A DNA stretch of 64,000 nucleotides from Candidatus Multivorans sp. (GCA_965224025.1 OZ245033.1:4512001-4576000), one strand, 5' to 3'. Positions 40,041 through 50,064 are shown, numbered from the stretch's first letter. Notes: generated by a model from the letters alone, not told the origin. Program-made: numbers and translations.

Positions 40041-41222
40041 TTATGGGGAACCGAAGCGGGCGTCGTTCAGACGCCAGTAGTCGTCGTATAGACGCCTCGC
40101 CCGCCTGGCCGCGGCTCGTAGCTCCCGGGCCGCCGGGGTGTTCCCGTCGCGCTCGGCAAGTTCGGCAGCCTGGAGTAGTTCTTCAGGTGTGCCAGGCCAG
40201 TTCTTCTGCAAGACGTCCCAAGGCGTTTCGCCCTCAAGACTCCGCGCCGTTGCGTCCGCGCCGGCATCCAATAGCGCACCAACGACACCTGGGCCATAAC
40301 CCGTCCAGAACGAAAAAGAAGCCCACCTATGCAAGGGAGTCTCGTCGAACAAGGCCCTCGCATTGGAGTCAGCGCCAGCAGCTACCAGTACCTTCACCAA
40401 CTCTGTGTTCCCATGCCCGGCAACGATGTGGAGAGGCGTTTCAAGACGGATGCCGGGGACGTTCGGGTTCGCATCGGAGGCAATCAGTACCCTGATCGCC
40501 TCGGCGCATCCGGAACGGAAGGGCTCACGCGTAGAGCAGTCAGCGGCCTCATGGAGAGGCGTCGAGCCGTCCTCGGCACGTACATTCGGGTCGGCACCTA
40601 CTTCGACAAGTGCTTTCGCAGTTGTCGCATGCTCGTCAGGGAACTTGGCCGCTAGGTGCAACGGCGTTTTTTGCCATTCATCGCGCGCACTCGGGTCGGC
40701 GCCTGCCGCGATCAGCGCACCAACGAGTTCCGCCCCGTCGTCGCGAGCCCCCTGGTGACTCGGGGAGATGGCAGCCCGATGCAGGGGCGTTTCGCCAAAC
40801 TGGTTTCCCGGGTTCACATCGGCACCCGCAGCGATCAGCGCCTTCAATGCCCCCAGCCGAGAAAAAGAAGCAGCATCATGGAGGGGCGTATTGCCTCCCT
40901 TGTTTCTCGGGTTCACATCGGCACCAGCAGCGAGCAGCGCCTCCACCGACTCAGGGCTCCCGTACCTGGCAGCAAAGTGGAGGGCCGTCCGGCCGAACTC
41001 GTCCCTTGCCGTCAAGTCAGCGCTGGCATCCAAACAACCGGTGATCGTCTCCACGGTAGCCGCCATCCAGAAGCGCTCCCTCCGTTCCAGTGGCACTTCG
41101 CCGGAGGTCCACTCCTGGCAGTCCCTCGGCGGCTGTAGAACCTTCGCTGCACCGCCTGAAGCAGCCACGGTCCCAAACAGCGACAAGGTCAGCAGTCCGA
41201 GTGAGTCAAGCTTCATGGACAT
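40041..41222 (-). CDS. secreted ankyrin-repeat protein 2
   Basis: MKLDSLGLL signal peptide, DCQEW...GCL cap, about 8 TPLH-type repeats, DDYWRLNDARFGSP. Confidence 0.92.
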   Translation of the reverse strand: MSMKLDSLGLLTLSLFGTVAASGGAAKVLQPPRDCQEWTSGEVPLERRERFWMAATVETITGCLDASADLTARDEFGRTALHFAARYGSPESVEALLAAGADVNPRNKGGNTPLHDAASFSRLGALKALIAAGADVNPGNQFGETPLHRAAISPSHQGARDDGAELVGALIAAGADPSARDEWQKTPLHLAAKFPDEHATTAKALVEVGADPNVRAEDGSTPLHEAADCSTREPFRSGCAEAIRVLIASDANPNVPGIRLETPLHIVAGHGNTELVKVLVAAGADSNARALFDETPLHRWASFSFWTGYGPGVVGALLDAGADATARSLEGETPWDVLQKNWPGTPEELLQAAELAERDGNTPAARELRAAARRARRLYDDYWRLNDARFGSP

Positions 41223-41279
41223 ACGAGGATGTTACAGAACGACTGGCATAGCCTGAGTGGTGCCGCAAGAACGAGCAAC

Positions 41280-42262
41280 CTACTCTGGGTCCACGCCGTC
41301 CCGCCTCGAGGTCCGGGCCTCCAGCCATCGGAACCTGTCAACGACTTTGACACAGCGGTGTTCTGGATTTAGTGAGTCGTCTCTGCAGTCTCCACCTGCC
41401 GGGCCAGGGACCTTGCCGCCATCAGCAGTCCTTCCCGTCTTCGAGGCTGAATCCCAGCAGCCCTGCAACTTTTCCCTGGACGTCCAGGATCGTGTGTGCG
41501 GCGGCGAGTTCCTTCTCCAGCCGCTTCACCTTCGCCTCCAGCCGCTTCACCTTCGGCGTCAGAGGGTTGGCCTCGGCCGGCTTGCGGCCCCGCTTCTTCG
41601 GACTCAGACCGGATAGCGCGCCCTCTCGACGCGCCTTGCGCCAGTTGGCCAGATGGGAGCTGTACCAGACCCTCTCGCCGAAGCAGCCGACCCACCTCGC
41701 CGCGGTGGGTGCATCGGTCCGCTGCCTCCAGAATCCGCAGCCGGTACTCCGCCGTGAACTGCCGCCTGGTCGGTCTCGCCAGCACTTCCGGGTCGGGAAC
41801 CGCCCCGGCGGGCGCCGCGCCGGCCGGGGGGGCCTCGTCGCTACGCTCCTCAACCCCCGCGGCCGGGAGCTCCGAGCCGCCGCCAAACCTCTGCTTTCGT
41901 CTTGACATTGATCCTCCTTGCCAACGTGTGCCCTCCACTATTCAACGGGATGGCCGCTGTGTCATGTACGTTGGCAGAGAGGGCATCGGCGCAGAGACCG
42001 CTGACTCTCACCCGAGGAACGACCGGCGACCAAACCCTCGACGCTAACGTCCTCGTCCAGGTCAGGCCACCGAATGCCGCTTCCGTTCCCGATCAACTCC
42101 CAGTTCGCCCGTTCCCTCGCCGTGGCATGAACCAGTCGCGGATACCAGGCCACCGGCACCAAGACCGTCCGCCCACCCGACAGTTCGATTCGAAGCGTGT
42201 CCTCCGTCATGCTCGCGTCTTCCGCCCAAGGGATCTGCACGTCAATCGCCGCGAAGACCTCG
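41280..42262 (-). pseudogene. DUF2442 family gene, copy 2, interrupted by an IS
   Basis: N-part about 41984-42260 (TEDTLRIELSGGRTVLVPVAWYPRL...ESQRSLR); tail 41280-41331 (RWLEARTSRRDGVDPE*). Confidence 0.85.
41332..41983 (-). mobile_element. internally deleted IS3-family-like element (non-autonomous)
   Basis: Subterminal IRs TGTCAACGACTTTGACACAGCGG / TGCCAACGTACATGACACAGCGG; CATCGG duplicated at 41326-41331 and 41984-41989; orfA-like HTH (RRQFTAEYRLRIL, 41422-41908, +1 frameshift); orfB reduced to 17 codons. Confidence 0.85.
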
Positions 42263-42267
42263 CCAAC

Positions 42268-44841
42268 TTACGGGGATCCGAAGCGAGCGTCGTTCAGACG
42301 CCAGTAGTCGTCGGACCCCTTCAACTTGTCCAGCGCCGCATTCTTCTGCAAGACGTCCCATGGCGTCTCGCCCTCGGCATTCCGCGCCGTCGCGTCCGCG
42401 CCGGCATCCAGCAACGGACCGACCAGTCCCGGTTCCAGAATCAGTCCAAAGTCCGACCGGGCCCATGCATGCAAAGACGTGTCGCCTCCCAGGTGCCGGG
42501 CATTCGGATCGGCGCCAGCGGCGATCAGTGCCTTCACGGCGTCCGCTGTACCGCGCTCGGCAGCGACATGCAGAGGAGTCGTGCCCAATTCGGTTCGCGC
42601 ATTCACGCCGGCGCCGGCAGCGACCAGAACCTTCACCAACTCCGAGACGCCGTCCAGGACAGGGAATCGCAGCGGCGTGTACCGACGGTGGCCGCCGAGG
42701 AGAACTGCACGACGCGACTGGACCGCGTACGCCTTGGGACGGAGGCCTGCCACAGCCAAGTGCAGAGGAGTCGTTCCCGACTCGGTAGGCGCATTCGCCT
42801 CGGTGCCGGCTGCGAGCAGACCTTTCACCAACTCCGAGATGCCGCCCAGGGTCACGGACCAGCCGAAGATGCCCCCCAGCGGGTAGGTGCGACTCGTACA
42901 AGGTCGCAGAGGTGTGCGCTCAGGAGTCATGGTTCGCGCACTCGGGTCGGCACCGGCAGCGAGCAGCACCGTCAGCAACTCAAGGTAGCGGGCAAAGGCC
43001 CGCAGGACCGCGCCCGATTCGCCCCTCTCTTTGCCGTCGGCGCCCGCGACCGTCCGCGCCCTTCCCAACTCCGAAGCACCGAAGACGACACCAACGTGCA
43101 GGGGCGTCGCGCCGAACTCACTTCGCGCACTCACGTCGGCGCCGGCACCGAGCAGCGCCTGCACCGACTCAGCGCAGCCGTAGCCGGCAGCGACATGAAG
43201 AGGCGTCCATTCGGACCAGGCAGTCGGCACATCTTCGAGCCAGGAAGCCAGCTCACAACGGTCGACCAGATCCCACCGGGATACGCTCTGCGCCGTCTCC
43301 GCACCGACCTGGTCGATGTAGTGCAGGAGTTTCGAGTCGCTTGCCGCACGGATCGGATCAGCGCCGGCAGCAAGCAACGCCTCCATCATCTCTACCTTGC
43401 CGACCGCGGAATGCAGGGGCGTGTGGCCTGTCCCGCTCTCCACGTTCGGATCAGCGCCAGCAGCGAGCAGCGCTCTAACCACCTCAAGGTGGCCGTAGGC
43501 GGCAGCCAGGTGCAGAGGCGTTTCGTCGAAGTCGGCAAGATCCTCTTCGTCCTGGGCCTTCGCGTTCGGGTCGGCACTCACGGTGATCAGGGCCTGAACC
43601 GACTCAAGGCTGCCGCTCCTGGCAGCACGGTGCAGAGGAGTCTGGCACCAGCCGTCCTGGGCCGCCGGATCAGCGCCGGCAGCGATCAGGAGCCGGACAG
43701 CCTCCGGATTGTCCGTGGCAGCGCGGTGCAGAGGAGTCTGGCCCACGCTGTCCCGCGTATTCAGGTCAGAGCAAACTGCGGCCAACGCCTCCACCGACTC
43801 CGGATCGCCCTCCTCGACGGCAGCATGCAGAGGCGTCGCCGCAAAGTCCCCGACACCGTATGCGTTCGGGTCGGCACCGCCAGCAAGCAGCGCCCGCACC
43901 GCATCAGTACCGCCGCTTCCAGCAGCACAGTGCAGAGGCGTGCCGATGTCGTCCCCGGCACACTGCGCGTTCGGGTCGGCGCCAGCGGCCAGCAGCGTCC
44001 TCACGGCCTCCAAGTCGCCCTCAAGGGCGGCATCGTGCAGTGGCGTCCAGACGGCCTCGTCCCGAGCCAACAAGCGGGCGTCGTTCAGACGCCGATAGGC
44101 GACCGACCCCTCGACCTTGTGCAGGGAGGGGTTCTTCTCCAGGAGGTCCCAAGGTGTCGCGCCCTCGGCATTCAGTGCCGCGGCGTTCGCACCGGCATCG
44201 AGCAGCACACAGACCGAACTTTCGACACTCACGAAGTCCGACCCGGCCCACGAATGCAAGGGAGTGTCACCGTAGGGGGTGCGGCAGTTCGGGTCGGCGC
44301 CGGCAGCGATGAGCGCGCGCACAGTCTCCGGGGTTCCGTGTTCGGCTGCATGATGCAGCGGTGTCTCACCGCTTACTGTCCGCGCACTCAGGTCGGCCCC
44401 AGCAGCGATCAGAACCGGCACAGCATCCGAGTGGCCCCACCCGGCTGCAAGATGCAACGGCGTCTCACCGTGTTCTGTCCGCGCATTCAAGTCGGCGCCA
44501 ACGGCGATCACGAGCCCAAGAATCTCCGTCGCATCATCGCGGACCGCCTCGTCGCGAGCCGCCTCGTGAAGAAGCGTGCCCTCCCACCCGGTTGAGAGAT
44601 TCGGGTCGGCGCCACCAGCGATCAGGGCCTGCATCAACTCAAGACGCACCGGATCGGACGGTTCAAGCTCGCAGTCGAAGGCAGCAGACCAAAGTGGCGT
44701 CTGGGAGCCCCCATCCACCGCGTTCGGGTCGGCGCCGACCGCGAGGAGGGCCTTGGTCAATTCCAGGTTGCCCTTCTCGACAGCCACATGCAGCTCCGTC
44801 AGGGAACGTGCGTCCCGTGCGTCAGGTGGCTCGCGCTTCAT
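42268..44841 (-). CDS. large ankyrin-repeat protein 3 (857 aa, no signal peptide)
   Basis: Many TPLH...GADPNA repeats; cap motif occurs internally (TPWDLLEKN...AYRRLNDAR) and at the end (DDYWRLNDARFGSP). Confidence 0.92.
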   Translation of the reverse strand: MKREPPDARDARSLTELHVAVEKGNLELTKALLAVGADPNAVDGGSQTPLWSAAFDCELEPSDPVRLELMQALIAGGADPNLSTGWEGTLLHEAARDEAVRDDATEILGLVIAVGADLNARTEHGETPLHLAAGWGHSDAVPVLIAAGADLSARTVSGETPLHHAAEHGTPETVRALIAAGADPNCRTPYGDTPLHSWAGSDFVSVESSVCVLLDAGANAAALNAEGATPWDLLEKNPSLHKVEGSVAYRRLNDARLLARDEAVWTPLHDAALEGDLEAVRTLLAAGADPNAQCAGDDIGTPLHCAAGSGGTDAVRALLAGGADPNAYGVGDFAATPLHAAVEEGDPESVEALAAVCSDLNTRDSVGQTPLHRAATDNPEAVRLLIAAGADPAAQDGWCQTPLHRAARSGSLESVQALITVSADPNAKAQDEEDLADFDETPLHLAAAYGHLEVVRALLAAGADPNVESGTGHTPLHSAVGKVEMMEALLAAGADPIRAASDSKLLHYIDQVGAETAQSVSRWDLVDRCELASWLEDVPTAWSEWTPLHVAAGYGCAESVQALLGAGADVSARSEFGATPLHVGVVFGASELGRARTVAGADGKERGESGAVLRAFARYLELLTVLLAAGADPSARTMTPERTPLRPCTSRTYPLGGIFGWSVTLGGISELVKGLLAAGTEANAPTESGTTPLHLAVAGLRPKAYAVQSRRAVLLGGHRRYTPLRFPVLDGVSELVKVLVAAGAGVNARTELGTTPLHVAAERGTADAVKALIAAGADPNARHLGGDTSLHAWARSDFGLILEPGLVGPLLDAGADATARNAEGETPWDVLQKNAALDKLKGSDDYWRLNDARFGSP

Positions 44842-45030
44842 GGGCCGGAGGCAACCCTACCGGACGCTTGGCGCCGCCAACGGCGTCGGCCTTACAGCGG
44901 TTGACCTGCCGGGCCAGGGACTTGGCCGCCTTCGCCAGCAGCCGGCGAGATCGTTCGCGTGACCAGTTCTGTGGCCGGCAGAGTCGGCGGCAGCACAGGT
45001 GCAGACCATCGCACCTCGGCGATGCGGCCG

Positions 45031-45585
45031 TCAGGAGAAGACGCGTGGGACGAAACCGGTCTCGTTGATGGTGCTTGCGCTGCTCCCGGTCGCCCGGATC
45101 ACGAACAGCCCCTGCCGCTCGGCGTAGACGCCGACCGTGCTGTCGCTCCTGAGATAGGCCACGGCGCCGTACACGGCGTGCCTCCGGTACTCGGGGCAGA
45201 ACTCCAGGAATCGCTTCAGCTTGTCCAGGAAGCGGGTCACGTCTTCCGACCGGAGAGTCGTCTTGACCTCCACGACGACGACCTCGGCTCCGTTGATCGC
45301 CAGAATGTCGATCTCGAAGTGCTCGCCGTTGCGCTTGCCGGTGACTCGCTGATAGGTCCGCTCAACGGCGATACCGCGCTGCTTCAGCAGCGGCACGAGG
45401 TCGCCATCGACAAGGCTCTCCATCAGCTTGCCCCACTGCGAGGTGAACAGGGCCTCCGCTTTCTTCAGCCGACCGTCCGTCTCCTTCATCTGCAGCGCGG
45501 TCTCCTGCTGCATTGCCGCGACCCGCCGCAAGGTCTCCCGAATCTCAGCGAAGCTGGACGGGTCGTTCGCTCCAATCGTGCTCAT
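45031..45585 (-). CDS. coiled-coil + PD-(D/E)XK restriction-endonuclease-like protein
   Basis: QMKETD coiled coil, WGKLMESLV, EIDILAIN...VVVVEVKTTL, AERQGLFVIRATG. Confidence 0.8.
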   Translation of the reverse strand: MSTIGANDPSSFAEIRETLRRVAAMQQETALQMKETDGRLKKAEALFTSQWGKLMESLVDGDLVPLLKQRGIAVERTYQRVTGKRNGEHFEIDILAINGAEVVVVEVKTTLRSEDVTRFLDKLKRFLEFCPEYRRHAVYGAVAYLRSDSTVGVYAERQGLFVIRATGSSASTINETGFVPRVFS

Positions 45586-45718
45586 GCTCCTTCGTTCTCC
45601 TCCCTCTTGGGGCGGAGGTTCCGCGGTCGGGGCCCCGCGACCACGCAAAGTCGGCAGGGAAACCGGAGAAGGCCGGCAAGGGACAACATCGTATCCAAGT
45701 CCTGCTAGCTTCCGCCGC

Positions 45719-46735
45719 ATGGCACTCAAACTCGGACTACAGCTCGGCTACTGGGGCGCCGGACCGCGCGCCGACTTCCTGGACACCGCCATCGAGGCGG
45801 AAGCACTCGGCTACGACTGCGTCTTCACCGCGGAGGCCTGGGGCTCGGACGTGTTCACGCCTCTGGCCTGGATCGGCGCCCACACTTCGAAGATCCGCCT
45901 CGGCACCGGTATCGCGCAGATCTCGGCCCGCACGCCGGCCGCTACCGCAATGCACGCGATGACCCTGGACCATCTCTCCGAGGGTCGGGTCATCCTCGGC
46001 CTCGGCGTCTCCGGCCCCCAGGTCGTCGAGGGCTGGTACGGACAACCCTTCGGCAAACCCCTCTCCCGCACCCGCGCCTACATCGAGATCATCCAGAAGA
46101 TCCTCGCCCGCGAAGAGCCCGTGACCCAGCACGGCCAGCACTACCAGCTCCCCTACACCGGCGACGGTTCCTGGGGCCTCGGCAAGCCGCTCCGCTCGAT
46201 CGTCCACCCACTCCGCTCCGACCTGCCCATTTTCCTCGGCGCCGAGGGCCCGAAGAACGTCGCCCTTGCCGCCGAACTCTGCAGCGGCTGGCTACCCCTC
46301 TACTACTCGCCCTACCGCCCCGAGGTCTACGCCGAGTCGCTCGCCGGCCGCGGCAACGGCTTCGAGGTCGCCTACGGCGCCCGCCTCCGCGTCCACGACG
46401 ACGTCTCCGATGCCCTCCTCCCGATCAAGCAGTCCCTCGCCCTCTACGTCGGCGGCATGGGCGCCAAGAAGCGCAACTTCCACCGCGAACTCATGGCCCG
46501 AATGGGCTGGGAGGAAGAGTCCTTCCGCATCCAGGAACTCTTCATGACCGGCAAACGCGAAGAGGCCGTCGCCGCCGTCCCCGACGACTTCACCGACGAG
46601 ATCTCCCTCGTCGGGCCGCCCGAACGGATCAAGGACCGCCTCCAGGCCTTCGAAGACAGCGACGTTACGACGCTGCTCGTCGGCGCCGCCAGCAAGGAGG
46701 AGCTGCGGCAGGCCGCGGAGATCGTGCTGGGCTAG
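45719..46735 (+). CDS. LLM class F420-dependent oxidoreductase
   Basis: TAEAWGSD, QISARTPA, LGLGVSGPQVVEGWYG, GAEGPKNV, YVGGMGA. Confidence 0.9.
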   Translation: MALKLGLQLGYWGAGPRADFLDTAIEAEALGYDCVFTAEAWGSDVFTPLAWIGAHTSKIRLGTGIAQISARTPAATAMHAMTLDHLSEGRVILGLGVSGPQVVEGWYGQPFGKPLSRTRAYIEIIQKILAREEPVTQHGQHYQLPYTGDGSWGLGKPLRSIVHPLRSDLPIFLGAEGPKNVALAAELCSGWLPLYYSPYRPEVYAESLAGRGNGFEVAYGARLRVHDDVSDALLPIKQSLALYVGGMGAKKRNFHRELMARMGWEEESFRIQELFMTGKREEAVAAVPDDFTDEISLVGPPERIKDRLQAFEDSDVTTLLVGAASKEELRQAAEIVLG

Positions 46736-46766
46736 GCCCGGGCGTCGGCGGCACCCGCCCGCTTTC

Positions 46767-46932
46767 GGGGCTCCAGAGGGGGGTCCTCCCAGGTGCCGCT
46801 CGCGCTTGGTCGGAGAATGGAGGGAGGAGCGCTCACTGCACTCCGCTCGCTTCGGCCAGTCGTCTGTTAACTGTGAGGACGTCGCGCGTCGCTCGCTCCG
46901 AGCCACCTGGGAGGACCCCCCTCCGGAGCCCC
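46767..46932. repeat. 166-bp element bounded by 29-bp inverted repeats (MITE-like or structured RNA)
   Basis: GGGGCTCCAGAGGGGGGTCCTCCCAGGTG (46767-46795) vs CACCTGGGAGGACCCCCCTCCGGAGCCCC (46904-46932), 28/29 complementary. Confidence 0.75.
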
Positions 46933-47075
46933 TGGGCGGGCTGGAGGACGTGCTCTCACAGCTGCCGGTGTCAGCACGTCCAACGATCTGGACGAACACT
47001 CCTAGCGACGACTCCCGCTGATACTCTTCGGCAGACCTCTTGAGGCAAGGCAGATCTCCTTCAGTTGAGGCACGG

Positions 47076-47885
47076 ATGAACGACATGCGGAGCGCCACAC
47101 AGGAGCGACTCTTCGGGGCCGTCGACGCAGCCAGCGCAGAGCCAGCTAAGCGAGTCCAGGGCGGTGAACCCAGTACAGACCTCACCCTGTCGGCATACAC
47201 AGGAGGCAACGCCGACGTCTTTCCGCGCGTGCTGGGACTACATGTGGCTCGCGGCTCAATCGTCGCAGATGTGACTTACGGCAAAGGCGTGTTCTGGAGA
47301 AACGTACCCTCCGACGCCTATCGACTCAGGGCCACCGACCTACAGACTGGCGTTGATTGCAGGGACCTCCCGTACGCGGACAACTCCATCGACTGCGTCG
47401 TGCTTGATCCTCCATACATGGAAGGTCTCTTTCGCCGCGCCACGGACCAGATGGCCGGTTCCGGCAACTACGCGGCCTTCCGCGACCACTACTCCAACAG
47501 CGAGGCCACGCCCGATCAGCCGAAGTCGGGACGCTGGCACGCCGCCGTCCTCCATCTCTACTTCTCGGCCGGCAGGGAGGCCCACCGGGTTCTGCGGCCA
47601 ACCGGAACGCTGATCGTCAAGTGCCAGGATGAGGTAAGCGCCAACCGGCAGAACCTCACTCACGTCGAGATCCTCAACGAGTACGCCGAACTGGGCTTCT
47701 ACGCTCGCGATCTCTTCGTCGTCGTCCGCGCCAACCGCCCGGGGGTCAGCCGGATCAAGACGCAAGTTCACGCCCGCAAGAACCACTCCTACTTTCTTGT
47801 CTTCGAGAAGATGAGGCTGGCCGCCGACGCGAAGACCTATCGCTCTTCGCCGATCTCTCGCAACAGCTCCCAAGGCTCCTCGTAG
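47076..47885 (+). CDS. DNA amino-methyltransferase (m6A/m4C) of a type II R-M system
   Basis: SAM-binding motif DVTYGKG followed by catalytic DPPY; convergent with an endonuclease gene. Confidence 0.85.
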   Translation: MNDMRSATQERLFGAVDAASAEPAKRVQGGEPSTDLTLSAYTGGNADVFPRVLGLHVARGSIVADVTYGKGVFWRNVPSDAYRLRATDLQTGVDCRDLPYADNSIDCVVLDPPYMEGLFRRATDQMAGSGNYAAFRDHYSNSEATPDQPKSGRWHAAVLHLYFSAGREAHRVLRPTGTLIVKCQDEVSANRQNLTHVEILNEYAELGFYARDLFVVVRANRPGVSRIKTQVHARKNHSYFLVFEKMRLAADAKTYRSSPISRNSSQGSS

Positions 47886-48643
47886 AACGGCGGTTCCGGC
47901 GGCCATGTGACGGAAACCAACGTCGCGAGCAGGTGCCGTTTCTGGTACTCGGTGTAGCCACGATAAGAGGACCGTGGCAGGTCACCGTTCTTGGCGAAGA
48001 TGAAGCGCCACTCGTCACCAAAAGCGAACAGGTTCACGGCCAGAAGGTCGAACTGGCCAGCCAACAAGCATGTGGTCGCAAGTTCGGAACCGTCCGGTAG
48101 TTGAACAGAGCGTCGGTCGCTCGCGTCGACCTGAGTCTTCCCGGACCACCCGGTCTCCGTCTCTCGAACCGAATTCGTTTGCAACGACTTCAACTCCACG
48201 ACGAACCGCCGGCCAAGGTACGTGATGACGCGGTCACCCTTCCGCCTCCGGTCATGATCATCGTCCTTGTGAGAGGCAGTCACCTGCTCATGGCTCTCAA
48301 GCAGCCCTGCAAGCTTCTGCTCTGCAACGTAGCCGAGCAACATTCCCCTAAGGCTCGGGTTCTCGTCGACCACCGCCGTCAACTCCTCCGCCGAGAGCTC
48401 CCAACGGTCCAAGACCGTATCGTCCGATCCGACCAGTCTTCTGAGGAACGCCGACGGCTCGCAGTCGAGAACCTCTAGGATCTTGAGGAGTTCGGCCACA
48501 TCCAAGCGTCGTTCGCCCCTCTCGTACTTCGAAACGAACGACTGCGGCCGGTCCAGTTGGGCCGCCAGGTCCTCTTGGCTGAGCCTTCTGAGCGTCCTCT
48601 CGGCGCGCAACAACTCGCGAACACGACTGCGGGGTAGGTGCAT
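47837..48643 (-). CDS. XRE/controller HTH fused to a type II restriction endonuclease-like domain
   Basis: [31 protein letters not shown] (C-protein-like HTH); [14 protein letters not shown]...KGD...VELKSLQT (PD-ExK). Confidence 0.8.
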   Translation of the reverse strand: MHLPRSRVRELLRAERTLRRLSQEDLAAQLDRPQSFVSKYERGERRLDVAELLKILEVLDCEPSAFLRRLVGSDDTVLDRWELSAEELTAVVDENPSLRGMLLGYVAEQKLAGLLESHEQVTASHKDDDHDRRRKGDRVITYLGRRFVVELKSLQTNSVRETETGWSGKTQVDASDRRSVQLPDGSELATTCLLAGQFDLLAVNLFAFGDEWRFIFAKNGDLPRSSYRGYTEYQKRHLLATLVSVTWPPEPPFYEEPWELLREIGEER

Positions 48644-48673
48644 ACGGGTGCACGTTAGCCGCAAGCCCAAGGC

Positions 48674-48690
48674 AAACCCAAACCGGGTTT
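48674..48690. promoter_or_regulatory. candidate controller-protein operator AAACCC-N5-GGGTTT
   Basis: Perfect 6-bp palindrome about 30 bp upstream of the HTH-REase start. Confidence 0.4.
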
Positions 48691-48694
48691 TGTC

Positions 48695-50064
48695 GAGCTA
48701 CTGCCAGAAGTTGTGGATCCGTTGATGTAGATCAGGCGGCGTATCCTCCTGGGTGTTCAACTGAATACCCGGTCGGATACCGGGAGAAAGGACACGCCGC
48801 CCGATGCTCAAGATACTGGAAACCGTACCGGAGGGGAAAGTCCCCTCGACGCTCGACGAGCTGGCCCGCGAGGGTGCTCGCCGGATGCTGATGGAGGCGC
48901 TGGACGCCGAAGTCGCCGACTACGTGGAGAGACACCGGGCCGAGCGCGGCGCCGACGGTCGGGCTCTGGTGGTCCGCAACGGCAGAGGCCAGCCGCGGCA
49001 GGTGACGACGGGCGCAGGCACGGTGGAAGTGCAGGCACCGCGCGTGGATGATCGGAGGCCTGACCATCGCTTCACCAGCACGATCCTCCCGCCGTACATG
49101 CGCCGCTCGCCGAAAGTGTCGGAGGTGCTTCCGGTGCTGTACCTCCGGGGCCTGTCGACGGGCGACTTCAAGGAAGCGCTCGGCGCGTTGCTGGGGGACA
49201 AGGCCTCGGGCCTGTCGGCTTCCAGCATCACGCGGATGACGTCGGCCTGGGAGGAGGAGTACCGGTCCTTCCGGCAACGAGACCTGAGCGCCGAGGACTA
49301 CGTGTACGTGTGGGCCGACGGCGTGCACTTCCGGGGCCGCCTGGAGGACGATCGCCTGTGCACGCTGGTCCTGCTTGGCGTGCGCCGTGACGGCACCAAG
49401 GAGCTGATCGCTGTCGAGGATGGTATCGCGAGAGCGCGGAGAGCTGGGCGAGCGTCCTGCGGGACCTGAAGCGCCGCGGCCTGCGAGCGCCGGTCCTGGC
49501 CATCGGCGACGGCGCTCTGGGCCTGTGGCGGGCGATCCGCGACGTGTGGCCCGAAACCAGGGAGCAGAGATGCTGGGTGCATCGGCTCAGGAACGTGCTG
49601 GACAAGCTGCCGAAGCGGCTGCAGGCCAAGGCCAAGAGGGCTCTGCACGAGATCATGTACGCGGAGTGCCGCGAGGATGCCGAGGCGGAGATCGAACGCT
49701 TCGCCGAGGACTACGGCGCCAAGTACCCCAAGGCGGTCGAATCGCTGCAAAGGGACCAGGACTGCCTGCTCAGTTTCTTCGACTTCCCGGCCGAGCACTG
49801 GCAGCACCTGCGCACCACCAACGCGGTCGAGTCGACGTTTGCCACGGTCAAGCTGCGACAGCGGGTCACCAAGGGCGCCGGCTCACGGACCAAGGCCCTG
49901 CTGATGGCTTTCAAGCTGCTCGACATGGCCCAGAAACGCTGGCGACGAGTCAACGCTCCGCACCTCGTCGGACCGGTCAGAGAAGGAGTACCATTCACCA
50001 ACGGAACTCAGGTCAGGAACGCTGCCTGATCAACTCGCCGATCCACAACTTTCGGCAATACCTC
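48695..50064 (+). mobile_element. IS256-family insertion sequence (1370 bp)
   Basis: Terminal IRs GAGCTACTGCCAGAAGTTGTGGATC / GAGGTATTGCCGAAAGTTGTGGATC; 9-bp TSD GGTTTTGTC at 48686-48694 and 50065-50073. Confidence 0.93.
48804..50029 (+). pseudogene. IS256 transposase, frameshifted near 49425
   Basis: LYLRGLSTGDF, YVWADGVH, QRCWVH, LRTTNAVES; one base is missing in the GYRES motif. Confidence 0.88.
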
